Below, piece after piece: positions 30,710-41,022 of a DNA stretch of 64,000 bases. Every line of letters begins with the position of its first letter. Position 1 is the stretch's first letter. Below the pieces are notes generated by a model that made no database searches, was not told where the DNA came from, and saw nothing but the letters and a program-made list of their open reading frames with translations. The stretch is from Vicinamibacterales bacterium (lineage in GTDB: Bacteria > Acidobacteriota > Vicinamibacteria > Vicinamibacterales > UBA2999). Both the position numbers and the translations under genes were made by a program. The stretch is taken from contig JBFWXO010000027.1 of NCBI GenBank assembly GCA_050187355.1, positions 296-64,295 on the forward strand, given 5' to 3'.

Positions 30710-32091
30710 GGGCGGGTGCCCCCGTTCTTGGGCATGACGTGCAGGACCACGCGGGAGGCGGGCGTGAAGTAGGTCTTGGCCACCCGTTGGACGTCGGCCT
30801 TGGACATGTTCTGGAAGATCTGGAACTCGCCGTCGGCCGTCGAGAGATCGGCGTGCAACACCTCGGCGTGCGCCAGGACCTGGGCCTTGTTCTGCACGGT
30901 CTCCCGCATGAGGATGTAGTCGCGGGCGAACTGGTTCTTGGCGCGCTGGAGTTCCCGGTCCGTGACGCCGCTGGCCGCCACCTTGTCGAGCTCGGCGATG
31001 AGGGCCTGCTCCACCGCGTCGGGGGACTGCCCCGGGGCGACGAGGGCGACCGTATAGAAGAGGTTGGGGTGCTCGATCAGGTTCGCGCTGCCGAAGGCCG
31101 CGACCGCCAGCCGCTTCTCGTAGACCAGGCTGCGGTGGATGCGCGAGCTGTCGCCGTCGCTCAGGATCTTGGCCAGCACGTGCAGGGGATACGAGTCGGG
31201 GTGGCCGTCGTAGGTGATGTGATGGGCCACGACGACCGCCGGCAGGGGCCAGTTCTCCTGCAGCGTCACCCGGGTTTCCTTCACGGGCGTTGGCTCCATC
31301 GCGATGTCGCGCGGCACCTTGCCCGCGCCGGCCGGAATCCGGCCGAAGTAGCGGGTGATGAGATCGGTCGTCTCGGCGATGTCGAAGTCGCCGGCGACCA
31401 CCAGCGTGGCGTTGGCCGGGATATAGAAGGTGTCGAAGAACGCCCGGACGTCCTCGATCGTCGCCGCGTCGAGGTCCGCCATGCTGCCGATCACGGGGTT
31501 CTTGTAGGGATGGGTGGTGAAGGCGTGGGCGTAGAGCAGCTCGTTGAGGTTGCCGAACGGCTGGTTGTCCACGCGCATCCGCCGTTCTTCCTTCACCACC
31601 TCGCGCTCGCTGACGAACGTCTGCTCGTCGATGCGGAGCGACCCGAGACGATCCGCCTCCATCCACAGCACCAGGGGCAGGTACTGGGACGGCACGGTGT
31701 TCCAGTACACGGTCGTGTCTTCGTTGGTGTAGGCGTTGGCGCGTCCGCCGACCGACGAGACGATCGACGTGTGCTGCTCGGGCTCCACGTTCTTCGAGCC
31801 CTTGAACATCATGTGCTCGAAGAGATGAGCGAAACCGGTCCGGCCGGGCCGCTCGTTCTTCGAGCCGACGTGATACCAGATCTGCACGTGGGCGATCGGC
31901 GTCGAGCGGTCGGTGTGGAAGATCACCGTGAGGCCGTTCGGCAGGGTGAAGCGCTGGTACTGCAGCTTGGGCGGCGCGACCGCGGCGTCGAGCGGCGCCC
32001 ACCATGCGGCCCCCGCGGCGAGGGCGACGACGACGGCCGCGAGCGCGCGGCGCCTGAGGACCGGGACGACGCGCGAGACGAGGCTTTTCAT
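30706..32091 (-). CDS. M16 family zinc peptidase (pitrilysin-like), catalytic subunit
   Basis: It carries GFAHLFEHMMFKG (inverted HxxEH zinc motif) and a downstream E ligand segment (REVVKEERR). An N-terminal signal is present. Confidence 0.85.
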   Translation of the reverse strand: MKSLVSRVVPVLRRRALAAVVVALAAGAAWWAPLDAAVAPPKLQYQRFTLPNGLTVIFHTDRSTPIAHVQIWYHVGSKNERPGRTGFAHLFEHMMFKGSKNVEPEQHTSIVSSVGGRANAYTNEDTTVYWNTVPSQYLPLVLWMEADRLGSLRIDEQTFVSEREVVKEERRMRVDNQPFGNLNELLYAHAFTTHPYKNPVIGSMADLDAATIEDVRAFFDTFYIPANATLVVAGDFDIAETTDLITRYFGRIPAGAGKVPRDIAMEPTPVKETRVTLQENWPLPAVVVAHHITYDGHPDSYPLHVLAKILSDGDSSRIHRSLVYEKRLAVAAFGSANLIEHPNLFYTVALVAPGQSPDAVEQALIAELDKVAASGVTDRELQRAKNQFARDYILMRETVQNKAQVLAHAEVLHADLSTADGEFQIFQNMSKADVQRVAKTYFTPASRVVLHVMPKNGGTRP

Positions 32092-32104
32092 ACGGGTAGA
32101 ACGA

Positions 32105-33151
32105 TTATGGCACGGGGGTGTCGGCGTCCCCGGCCGGCCGCTCCAGGGCGGCCAGGCGGCGCTCGAGCTCGAGCAGTTGACGCCTGAGCTCGGGGAGCCG
32201 GCCCACGAGAATGGAGGCCTTCCGCCATTCGCGATTGTCGATGGCCGGCAGGCCGGACACGAAGAGGCCCGGAGGGATGGAATTCGTGATGCCCGTCTGT
32301 CCCGTGGCCTTCACGCCGGCCCCGATCTCGATGTGACCGGCCACCCCGACCTGGCCGCCGAGGATCACGTCGTCGCCCACGGTCGTGCTGCCGGCGATGC
32401 CGACCTGCGCCGCCAGGAGGGTCCGGGCGCCGATGACGACGCCGTGCGCGACCTGCACGAGGTTGTCGATCTTCGCGCCCGCCTTGATCCGCGTCTCGCC
32501 GACGGCCGGACGATCGATGGTCGTGTTGGCGCCGATCTCCACGTCGTCCTCGATCACGACCGGGGCCGTCTGCGGGATCTTCTCGTGCGTGCCGTCGGGT
32601 CGGCGGGCGAAGCCGAAGCCGTCGGCGCCGATGACGGCGCCGTTCTGCACGACCACGCGGGCGCCCAGGCGGCAGCGCTCGCGAATCGAGACGTGCGCGT
32701 GGATGACGCAGTCCGGGCCGATCTCGGCGCCGGCGCCAATGACGGCGTGCGCATCGACGACGGTGCGGGCGCCCACTTGGGCGCCGGGCCCGATGACGGC
32801 GTAGGGTCCCAGGCCCACGGCCTCCCCGAGGACCGCATCGGCTCCGACGACGGCCGTCGGATGCCGCCCCGCCGGCAGGACCGAGGGCGGGGCCAGGGCC
32901 TGCGCCGCCAGCGCGAAGCCCAGGTACGGATCGGCGACGCGCAGGACCGCACAGGGGGCGTCCGGACCATGGACCCCGGTGATGACGGCCGTGGCTTTGG
33001 TGGAGGCGACGGCCGCACGGTACGCGGCGCTGGCCAGGAACGTCACGTCGCCGGGGCCGGCGGTCTCCAGGCCGGCCACGCGGACCACTTCGGCGTCGCC
33101 GTCGCCGTCGAGACGCGCGCCGATCCGGCCGGCCAGCTCGCGAAGCGTCAC
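32105..33151 (-). CDS. lpxD: UDP-3-O-acylglucosamine N-acyltransferase
   Basis: The N-terminal domain has MTLRELAGRIGARL. A long left-handed beta-helix of hexapeptide repeats follows. The C-terminal coiled tail matches the LpxD layout. Confidence 0.9.
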   Translation of the reverse strand: MTLRELAGRIGARLDGDGDAEVVRVAGLETAGPGDVTFLASAAYRAAVASTKATAVITGVHGPDAPCAVLRVADPYLGFALAAQALAPPSVLPAGRHPTAVVGADAVLGEAVGLGPYAVIGPGAQVGARTVVDAHAVIGAGAEIGPDCVIHAHVSIRERCRLGARVVVQNGAVIGADGFGFARRPDGTHEKIPQTAPVVIEDDVEIGANTTIDRPAVGETRIKAGAKIDNLVQVAHGVVIGARTLLAAQVGIAGSTTVGDDVILGGQVGVAGHIEIGAGVKATGQTGITNSIPPGLFVSGLPAIDNREWRKASILVGRLPELRRQLLELERRLAALERPAGDADTPVP

Positions 33152-33164
33152 GCGCGGAAGCCTA

Positions 33165-33851
33165 TCACGCGGGTGGAACGGCCAGGCGCGCGACGAACGT
33201 GCTCAAGTGCCTGAGCCCGAGCCGTCCGGCGACCTCGCGCACGCGGGACTCACGCTCCGGCGACGGCGAGGTCTCCACCTCCCGCAGTTCGCTGAGCGTG
33301 GCGTTCGGCACGACGGTCCACGTGACGCGCGCCAGCCCCTGTGAGGCCCCGCGCCACGCGAGCAGGTGACCGACTGTCGTGAACGTCAGGAGATAACCGA
33401 CCAGGTTCGGCCCCGGGATCAGCACGAGTGCCAGCGACGCGCACAGCCCGATGAAGTGGACGGCGAACCAGCGGCGGTGGCGTTCCATGTCGCGCCGCAT
33501 GCCCGAGCGGAGCACCCCGAGCGCGTCGGCGTCGGACAGGTCGTCGGGGGCGTGCAGGCTGGCGGCGGTCGCCGTGCGCAGGTGCCACAGGAGCCGCTGT
33601 TCGGCGGCGCGCTCCACGATCCACCGCATGACCGTCTGCCGGAACCGGGCCGCGAGGCCGGCGGGCGGCCCGGGCGCCGCCGCGTGCCGGCGGTGCCGCT
33701 CGGCTTCGGCTTCCCGGAGCATCTCGGCGAACCGGCGGCGCAGGCGGGCGAACCAGCCTTGGCCCTCCTCGACCTGCGGCGGGGCGTCGTCCTCGGGCTC
33801 GAAGTACGGCTCGTACCGATCGGGGGCGATCGGGATGAGGAAGACGTCCAT
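33165..33851 (-). CDS. Hypothetical membrane protein (acidic/Arg-rich N-terminal region plus two TM helices)
   Basis: I placed the start at ATG 33851 (MDVFLIPIAPDRYEPYFEPEDD). The TM pair is WFAVHFIGLCASLALVLIPGPNLVGYLLTFTTVGHLLAW. I recognise no family. Confidence 0.5.
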   Translation of the reverse strand: MDVFLIPIAPDRYEPYFEPEDDAPPQVEEGQGWFARLRRRFAEMLREAEAERHRRHAAAPGPPAGLAARFRQTVMRWIVERAAEQRLLWHLRTATAASLHAPDDLSDADALGVLRSGMRRDMERHRRWFAVHFIGLCASLALVLIPGPNLVGYLLTFTTVGHLLAWRGASQGLARVTWTVVPNATLSELREVETSPSPERESRVREVAGRLGLRHLSTFVARLAVPPA

Positions 33852-33882
33852 GATCTGAGGACGCAGCAGCGGCCTCCGCGGT

Positions 33883-34809
33883 TCAGGGGACAGGCGGCGC
33901 CGCCGGCTTCGCGATGCGGCGGGGTGCGCGGGGCAGCGTGGTCGGCACGGCCGGCCTGCCCGCACGTTCCCAGGCGCCGGCGATGAAGGCCGCGATCGCC
34001 GCCGTGGAGTCGGCCACGCGCTGGTCGAGGATCGGAAAGGCCCCGGCCTTGAAGGCGGCGAAGAAGCCGTCGTCGTAGTACTCGCGGCCCGCCGCGGCCG
34101 CCCGGTCGGCGGCGAGCGCCCGGTCGGCGAGGCGGTTGCTCTCCAGCAGGATTCGGAACATCTCGTCACGGGGCTCGAGCACGGGAGGCCGCGGCGTCGG
34201 CATCACGGACAGCTCGCCGGCGTAGCGCTCGAAGAGCTCGGCCTCGAACCGCGAGTGGGCGCCGGGCTGGCCGGTCAGCTGGCCGTCGTAGTTCCTGACG
34301 GCGTGGAGGGGCACGTGGCCGTCGCTGACGTAGTGGGCGAGGATGGCCGAGTACAGGGCGATGTCGTCGAGGACGTACGGCGAGGGCGACGGACGCCCCA
34401 GGGAGCGGAACGCGCGCTCCAGACGGCCGTAGAACTCGGCGACGCGCCACGGCAGACGACCCTGCGAGTCGACGACCGCCCGGCCGAACTTCTCCACCGC
34501 CTGGTCGTAGGCGCGCGGCAGCGCGTCGAAGGGATACGCGCCGTACTGGTCGTAGTCGAGGTCCAGGAAGTGGTTCGGCGGCTCGTCCTCCCAGCCGACG
34601 TTGCGCCACAGATCGGGGTCGATCGACCGCTCGACGATGAACGCGCGGCGCGCCTCGAAGAGCGGCCGCAGCGGCGCGGGCAGGAGCGCGATCATGCGGT
34701 CGGCGACGTGCCGGTGCGCGGGGAAGCCCCACGCGCCGGCCGCGGCGCCGAACGCCAGGGTCAAGACGGCGATCGGGAGCAGCAGCGGCTGGCGACGCAT
34801 CGCCCTCAT
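33883..34809 (-). CDS. Secreted zinc-dependent phospholipase C / S1-P1 nuclease superfamily-like protein
   Basis: The signal peptide ends at AAGA, so the predicted mature N-terminus is WGFPAHRHVA; an N-terminal Trp is a zinc ligand in this fold. Downstream His/Asp clusters (HFLDLD, HYVSDGHVPLH) also fit. The family call is tentative. Confidence 0.5.
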   Translation of the reverse strand: MRAMRRQPLLLPIAVLTLAFGAAAGAWGFPAHRHVADRMIALLPAPLRPLFEARRAFIVERSIDPDLWRNVGWEDEPPNHFLDLDYDQYGAYPFDALPRAYDQAVEKFGRAVVDSQGRLPWRVAEFYGRLERAFRSLGRPSPSPYVLDDIALYSAILAHYVSDGHVPLHAVRNYDGQLTGQPGAHSRFEAELFERYAGELSVMPTPRPPVLEPRDEMFRILLESNRLADRALAADRAAAAGREYYDDGFFAAFKAGAFPILDQRVADSTAAIAAFIAGAWERAGRPAVPTTLPRAPRRIAKPAAPPVP

Positions 34810-34828
34810 TGTAGGCCCCGGCCCGCGG

Positions 34829-35779
34829 TCAGGGCCGGCCCGGCGGCACGGGAATGCGGACGCCGGCCCACCCGTCCTGCCCGGACGGGCCCGAGTAGCG
34901 CGCGTCGTTGATGGTCACCACGGTCCCCGCCGCCGTCGTGTCGACGACGAAGAACGGGAAACGCGACCAGCGCAGGAACTGCCGCCCACGATCGGTGGTG
35001 GCGGCGGCGCGCGCGGCCGGGTGGTCGGCGCCGACCTCCACGCCGTAGCCGGCCGGCCGGAACACGGGCGCCGGCTGGAACGCGATGAACCCCTTCTCGT
35101 AGCGATCGCCCAGATCGACGATCACTTCGCGCCGGAACGGGTTCACGGCCACCGGCGTCACCATGAACCGGGCAGACGGCCGCCCCGCCCGCGTCAGTCC
35201 GGCGGCCACCGCCTGCCGCGCCCACAGGCCCGAGCCGAACATGAGCGCCACATACAGGCCGGCGGCGGCGAGCGCGAGACGGGCCGCGCGGCGGCCGTCG
35301 CCGCCCCGCCGGCGTGCCGCCGCGGCCATCGCGAGCCCGCCGCCCAGCAGCAGGTACAGCCACGGATCGACGATGTAGAGCGCATCGCCGTAGAACCAGC
35401 GAGGCGAGAACGGCATCAGGAGCCGGATGCCGTAGCTGTTCATGTAGTCGAGGAGCGGGTGGGACCACGTGCCCAGCGCCGCCACGAGCAGGAGCTGGGA
35501 AGGCACTGCGGCGGGGGCGGCGGGCCGGCGGCGGCGGCGGAGGCGATCCGCGGCGGCGACGATCGCAGCGAGCGCCACCGGCAGGACCACCATCGCCAGC
35601 GGTCCGTGGGTCCAGCCCCGCCGGAACGACACCGCGAGCGTGTCGGTGGCGAAGACGCCGACGTCGATGTCGGGGGCGTTGGCGGCGAGGGCGAGCGTGA
35701 CGAGGGCCAGCGGCGTGCGCCGCTTCAGGCCGGCCTGCCCCACGGCGAGGCCGGTCAGCGTATGGCAGACGGGGTCCAT
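34829..35779 (-). CDS. Membrane-bound metal-dependent hydrolase, YdjM/DUF457 family
   Basis: MDPVCHTLTGLAVGQAG...APDIDV...RGWTHG is the family N-terminal signature. The protein is polytopic. Confidence 0.75.
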   Translation of the reverse strand: MDPVCHTLTGLAVGQAGLKRRTPLALVTLALAANAPDIDVGVFATDTLAVSFRRGWTHGPLAMVVLPVALAAIVAAADRLRRRRRPAAPAAVPSQLLLVAALGTWSHPLLDYMNSYGIRLLMPFSPRWFYGDALYIVDPWLYLLLGGGLAMAAAARRRGGDGRRAARLALAAAGLYVALMFGSGLWARQAVAAGLTRAGRPSARFMVTPVAVNPFRREVIVDLGDRYEKGFIAFQPAPVFRPAGYGVEVGADHPAARAAATTDRGRQFLRWSRFPFFVVDTTAAGTVVTINDARYSGPSGQDGWAGVRIPVPPGRP

Positions 35780-35785
35780 CGGGGG

Positions 35786-37498
35786 TCAGCGCCCGGTGGC
35801 GAGGTCGCGGAGGTCCTTGCGAAGAACCTTGCCGACGGGCGACTTCGGCAGCTCGTCGCGGAAGCGCACCACGCGCGGCACCTTGTAGGCGGTGAGGGAC
35901 TGGCGGCAATGGTCGCGCAGCGCCTCCTCGGTGAGGGCCTGGTCGCGCCGCACCACGAACGCGCAGACGGTCTCGCCGCTCGCGGCGTCGGGGGTCCCGA
36001 TGACGGCCACTTCCGCGACGCCTGGATGCGCGGCGATCACGGCCTCGACCTCGTTCGGGTACACGTTGAAGCCGCTCACCAGGATCATGTCCTTCTTGCG
36101 GTCGACGATGTAGACGTAGCCATCCTCGTCGACGGTGGCGATGTCGCCGGTGGCCAGCCAGCCGCCCCGCAGCACCCGGGCCGTCTCGTCGGGCCGCTGC
36201 CAGTACCCGGCCATCACCTGCGGCCCCTTCACCAGCAGCTCGCCCGGCTGCCCCGCGGGCACGTCCTGGCCGTCGGGGTCCACGATGCGGATGTCGGTCC
36301 CGGGCACCGGCGCGCCGATCGAGTCCCGCTTGTTGCGATGGAACGGCACCAGGGACACGACCGGCGACGTCTCGGTCAGGCCGTAACCCTGGTAGATGGG
36401 CGTGCGCGTCATCGCCTCCCACCGGTCGGCGACGGCCGGCACGAGCGCCATGCCCCCGGCGACGGTGCCCTTCAGAGTGAAGCCCGTGTGCTCGCGGAAC
36501 CACGGCTCGTGCATGAGCCCGGCGAAGAGGGTGTTGACGCCCGTGAACCACGTGGCGCCCTCGGTGGTGAGGGCCTGTTTCAGGTTGGCCAGCGGCCGGG
36601 GACTGGGGATAAGGATGTTCCGCCCCCCGAACGCGAAGAAGACCATGAGGTTCGCCGTGAACGCGAAGATATGGTACAGGGGCAGGGCCGTCACGACCGT
36701 CTCGTGGCCCTCGACGACGCCCGGCTTCCACACCTCGATCGACTGCGTGATGTTCGCGACGAGGTTGGCTTCGGTGAGCATGGCGCCCTTGCTCACGCCG
36801 GTCGTGCCGCCGGTGTACTGCAGCGAGGCCACGCGGTCGCTCGACACGCCGTCGAGGTACAGCCGGGGATCGGCCCCCGCGCCGATCCGCCGCCTCCCGG
36901 CCGCCAGCGCGGCATGGAACGTCGTGTATCGGAACGCTGCAGGAGGCACCTGTTTCTTCACGTACCGCTGCACCACCCGCACGAGCGTCCGCGTCAGCAG
37001 GGGCAGCAGGTCGGCCACCGTCACGACGACCACGGTCTTGATGCCCGTCTTCGGCAGCACCTGCGACACGCGATCGGCGAACAGATCGATCACCACGAGC
37101 CCGGTCGCCCCGCTGTCGGCGAACTGGTGCTCCATCTCGGGCGCCGTGTAGAGCGGGTTCGTGTTGACGGTGACGAGCCCCGCCTTCAGGGCGCCGAAGA
37201 CGACGATCGGGTAGGCCAGGCAGTTCGGCATCTGGACGGCGATCCGATCGCCGGCCGAGAAGCCCGCCACCTCGCGCAGGTACACGGCGAAGGCATCCGA
37301 CAGGCGGTCGGCCTCGGCGAAGGTCAGCGACCCCCGCGTGCCGTCGGGCAGGAGCAGGGTGAACGCCTCACGCGACGCATGGCGGGCCGCGGCGTCGCGG
37401 ACCAGCGCCGCCACCGTCGGCCACGCAGGCGGTGGCAGGTCGGGCGCGGTCTCCGGGGCATAGAACCGGGTCCACGGGCGGGCGGCAAGGTCCGTCAT
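35786..37498 (-). CDS. fadD: Long-chain fatty acid-CoA ligase
   Basis: It has the AMP-binding motifs LQYTGGTTGVSKGA and GYGLTETSP, and the C-terminal VGKVLRKDLR. Confidence 0.85.
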   Translation of the reverse strand: MTDLAARPWTRFYAPETAPDLPPPAWPTVAALVRDAAARHASREAFTLLLPDGTRGSLTFAEADRLSDAFAVYLREVAGFSAGDRIAVQMPNCLAYPIVVFGALKAGLVTVNTNPLYTAPEMEHQFADSGATGLVVIDLFADRVSQVLPKTGIKTVVVVTVADLLPLLTRTLVRVVQRYVKKQVPPAAFRYTTFHAALAAGRRRIGAGADPRLYLDGVSSDRVASLQYTGGTTGVSKGAMLTEANLVANITQSIEVWKPGVVEGHETVVTALPLYHIFAFTANLMVFFAFGGRNILIPSPRPLANLKQALTTEGATWFTGVNTLFAGLMHEPWFREHTGFTLKGTVAGGMALVPAVADRWEAMTRTPIYQGYGLTETSPVVSLVPFHRNKRDSIGAPVPGTDIRIVDPDGQDVPAGQPGELLVKGPQVMAGYWQRPDETARVLRGGWLATGDIATVDEDGYVYIVDRKKDMILVSGFNVYPNEVEAVIAAHPGVAEVAVIGTPDAASGETVCAFVVRRDQALTEEALRDHCRQSLTAYKVPRVVRFRDELPKSPVGKVLRKDLRDLATGR

Positions 37499-37609
37499 CT
37501 CGTCGGCCGAACTCGTCAGCGCATTGTAATGGCGGCCGGGCGGCCGACCGAGAAGACCTGGAGGGGTCCGGCGCGGCCGGGGGCATCAACCTTGCACACG
37601 ATCTCCGTC

Positions 37610-38476
37610 ATGCGTTCCGCGTCGCTCCTGGCCGCCTGCGTCCTCACCGTCTTCCTGGCGGCGTGCAGCAAGGCCTCCAAGGACTCCCCCACCGGACCGA
37701 CGCCGACGGGAGCCGTCAGCTATACGGCCATCGGCGCGAGCGACGGCGCCGGCGTGGGCAGCAGCGTCGTCTGCGTGCCTTTCGTGCCGTGCAGCGACGG
37801 CATGGGCTGGGTGCAGCGGCTGCACCGCCGCCTGCAGCAGGACGGCGAGGCCACGCTGACGAACCTCAGCGTGCCCAGCGCCGTTTTGAGTCCCACGATT
37901 GTCGCCCTCGGCCAGCGCGTCGGCCGCGATCACCTCGGCAATTTCCTCACGAACCAGGCGCCCTTCACGGCCCGCGACAGCACGATCGTGACGGTCTTCG
38001 CCGGCGGCAACGACGCGAACACGATCGCCACGGCGGTGCGGAATCAGATTGGCGGCGACGACTTCCGCGCCTACATCGATCAGCAGGTGCGGCAGTGGGG
38101 AGACGACTACGCCGCGCTGCTGGCGCAGATCCGGGCGCGGGCGTCGAACCCTCGAATCGTGCTGCTCAACCTGCCCAACCTGGCCGGCGCCCCCTACGTC
38201 GCGCGCAACACCCAGTTCGAACGCCAGATCCTGCAGCGCATCGCGGTCGGCCTCAGCGAGCGCGCGAACGCGCTGGCCGGCCCGAACGTCCACGTCGTGG
38301 ATCTGCTGTGCGACGCGCGGGTGCTCGACCCGACCAACTTCTCGAGCGACGGGTTCCACCCGAACGACCGCGGATACGCGCTCTTGGCCGACCTGGCCTA
38401 TTCGGCCGCCACCGGCGCCTCCTACCCCGCTCCTCAGGCCGACTGCGCCCTCCGGCGCGTCGTGCCCCCGCTGTAG
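37610..38476 (+). CDS. SGNH/GDSL-family hydrolase lipoprotein
   Basis: In-frame ATG at 37610. The lipobox is LAAC. Block I is YTAIGASDGAGVG, block III is FAGGNDAN and block V is DGFHPNDRGY. Confidence 0.8.
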   Translation: MRSASLLAACVLTVFLAACSKASKDSPTGPTPTGAVSYTAIGASDGAGVGSSVVCVPFVPCSDGMGWVQRLHRRLQQDGEATLTNLSVPSAVLSPTIVALGQRVGRDHLGNFLTNQAPFTARDSTIVTVFAGGNDANTIATAVRNQIGGDDFRAYIDQQVRQWGDDYAALLAQIRARASNPRIVLLNLPNLAGAPYVARNTQFERQILQRIAVGLSERANALAGPNVHVVDLLCDARVLDPTNFSSDGFHPNDRGYALLADLAYSAATGASYPAPQADCALRRVVPPL

Positions 38477-38539
38477 CCCACCTCCACCCGGACCGGCCCG
38501 GCACCGCGGGGACCGCCCAGCCGTCGCTTCACGCGTGCC

Positions 38540-38697
38540 ATTGTTACAATTTTGTCATTGACTCTATTTTTGTGCCTGTATTGCATTTGAATGTCTAATT
38601 TCGACAGTTAACGTGCGTTTTACTGTTGCGACTGCGTTCAATGCGGACCATAATGCGACGTCCTCGCCACCCACTTCCCTATAGGAGTCACATATTC
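38540..38697 (+). promoter_or_regulatory. AT-rich regulatory region and leader upstream of glnN
   Basis: I count 36 G+C in the 100 nt at 38541-38640, in an otherwise very GC-rich window. It contains the perfect palindrome ATTGTTACAAT (38540-38550). TTGACT (38558-63) is followed 17 nt later by TTGCAT. Five TGCG motifs lie at 38614-38657. An AGGAG RBS is at 38684-38688. Confidence 0.6.
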
Positions 38698-40875
<2,178 letters not shown>

Positions 40876-40884
40876 AACTGCGGA

Positions 40885-40934
40885 GGGACCGGGGACCGGG
40901 GACCAGGGACCAAGCGAACCGGGACCGGGGACCA
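40885..40934 (+). repeat. Tandem heptamer array of the same family as 10205 (GGGACCN), 6 units plus one degenerate unit
   Basis: Read directly: GGGACCG x2, GGGACCA x2, AGCGAACC, GGGACCG, GGGACCA. It starts 10 nt after the glnN stop. Confidence 0.95.
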
Positions 40935-40959
40935 ACGAGCGTTCGCGCACGCAGGGATG

Positions 40960-40999
40960 GCGCGGCAGGGAGCGGAGGCTCCCGCCGCGCCTTTCTCTT
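40960..40999 (+). terminator. Candidate intrinsic terminator of glnN
   Basis: GCGCGGCAGGGAGC-ggag-GCTCCCGCCGCGC forms a 13-bp stem with one bulged A. It is followed by CTTTCTCTT. Confidence 0.5.
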
Positions 41000-41022
41000 G
41001 CGCCCGGTCCCAGGCCGCCGTC

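Noticed and set aside
38566-38586. Sigma54 -24/-12 promoter (TGGCAC-N5-TTGCA) upstream of glnN, suggested by TTGTGCCTGTATTGCAT
   Set aside because: The TTGCA -12 element is present. At the -24 position the sequence reads TTGTGCC and lacks the invariant GG at the correct 12-nt register. The match is too weak to call.
38600-38697. Glutamine riboswitch (glnA RNA motif) or another cis-regulatory RNA in the glnN leader
   Set aside because: I could not find complementary arms. The repeated TGCG motifs are all on the same strand with no CGCA partners. I also cannot reproduce the conserved riboswitch core from memory in this sequence. This needs an Infernal/Rfam scan to settle.
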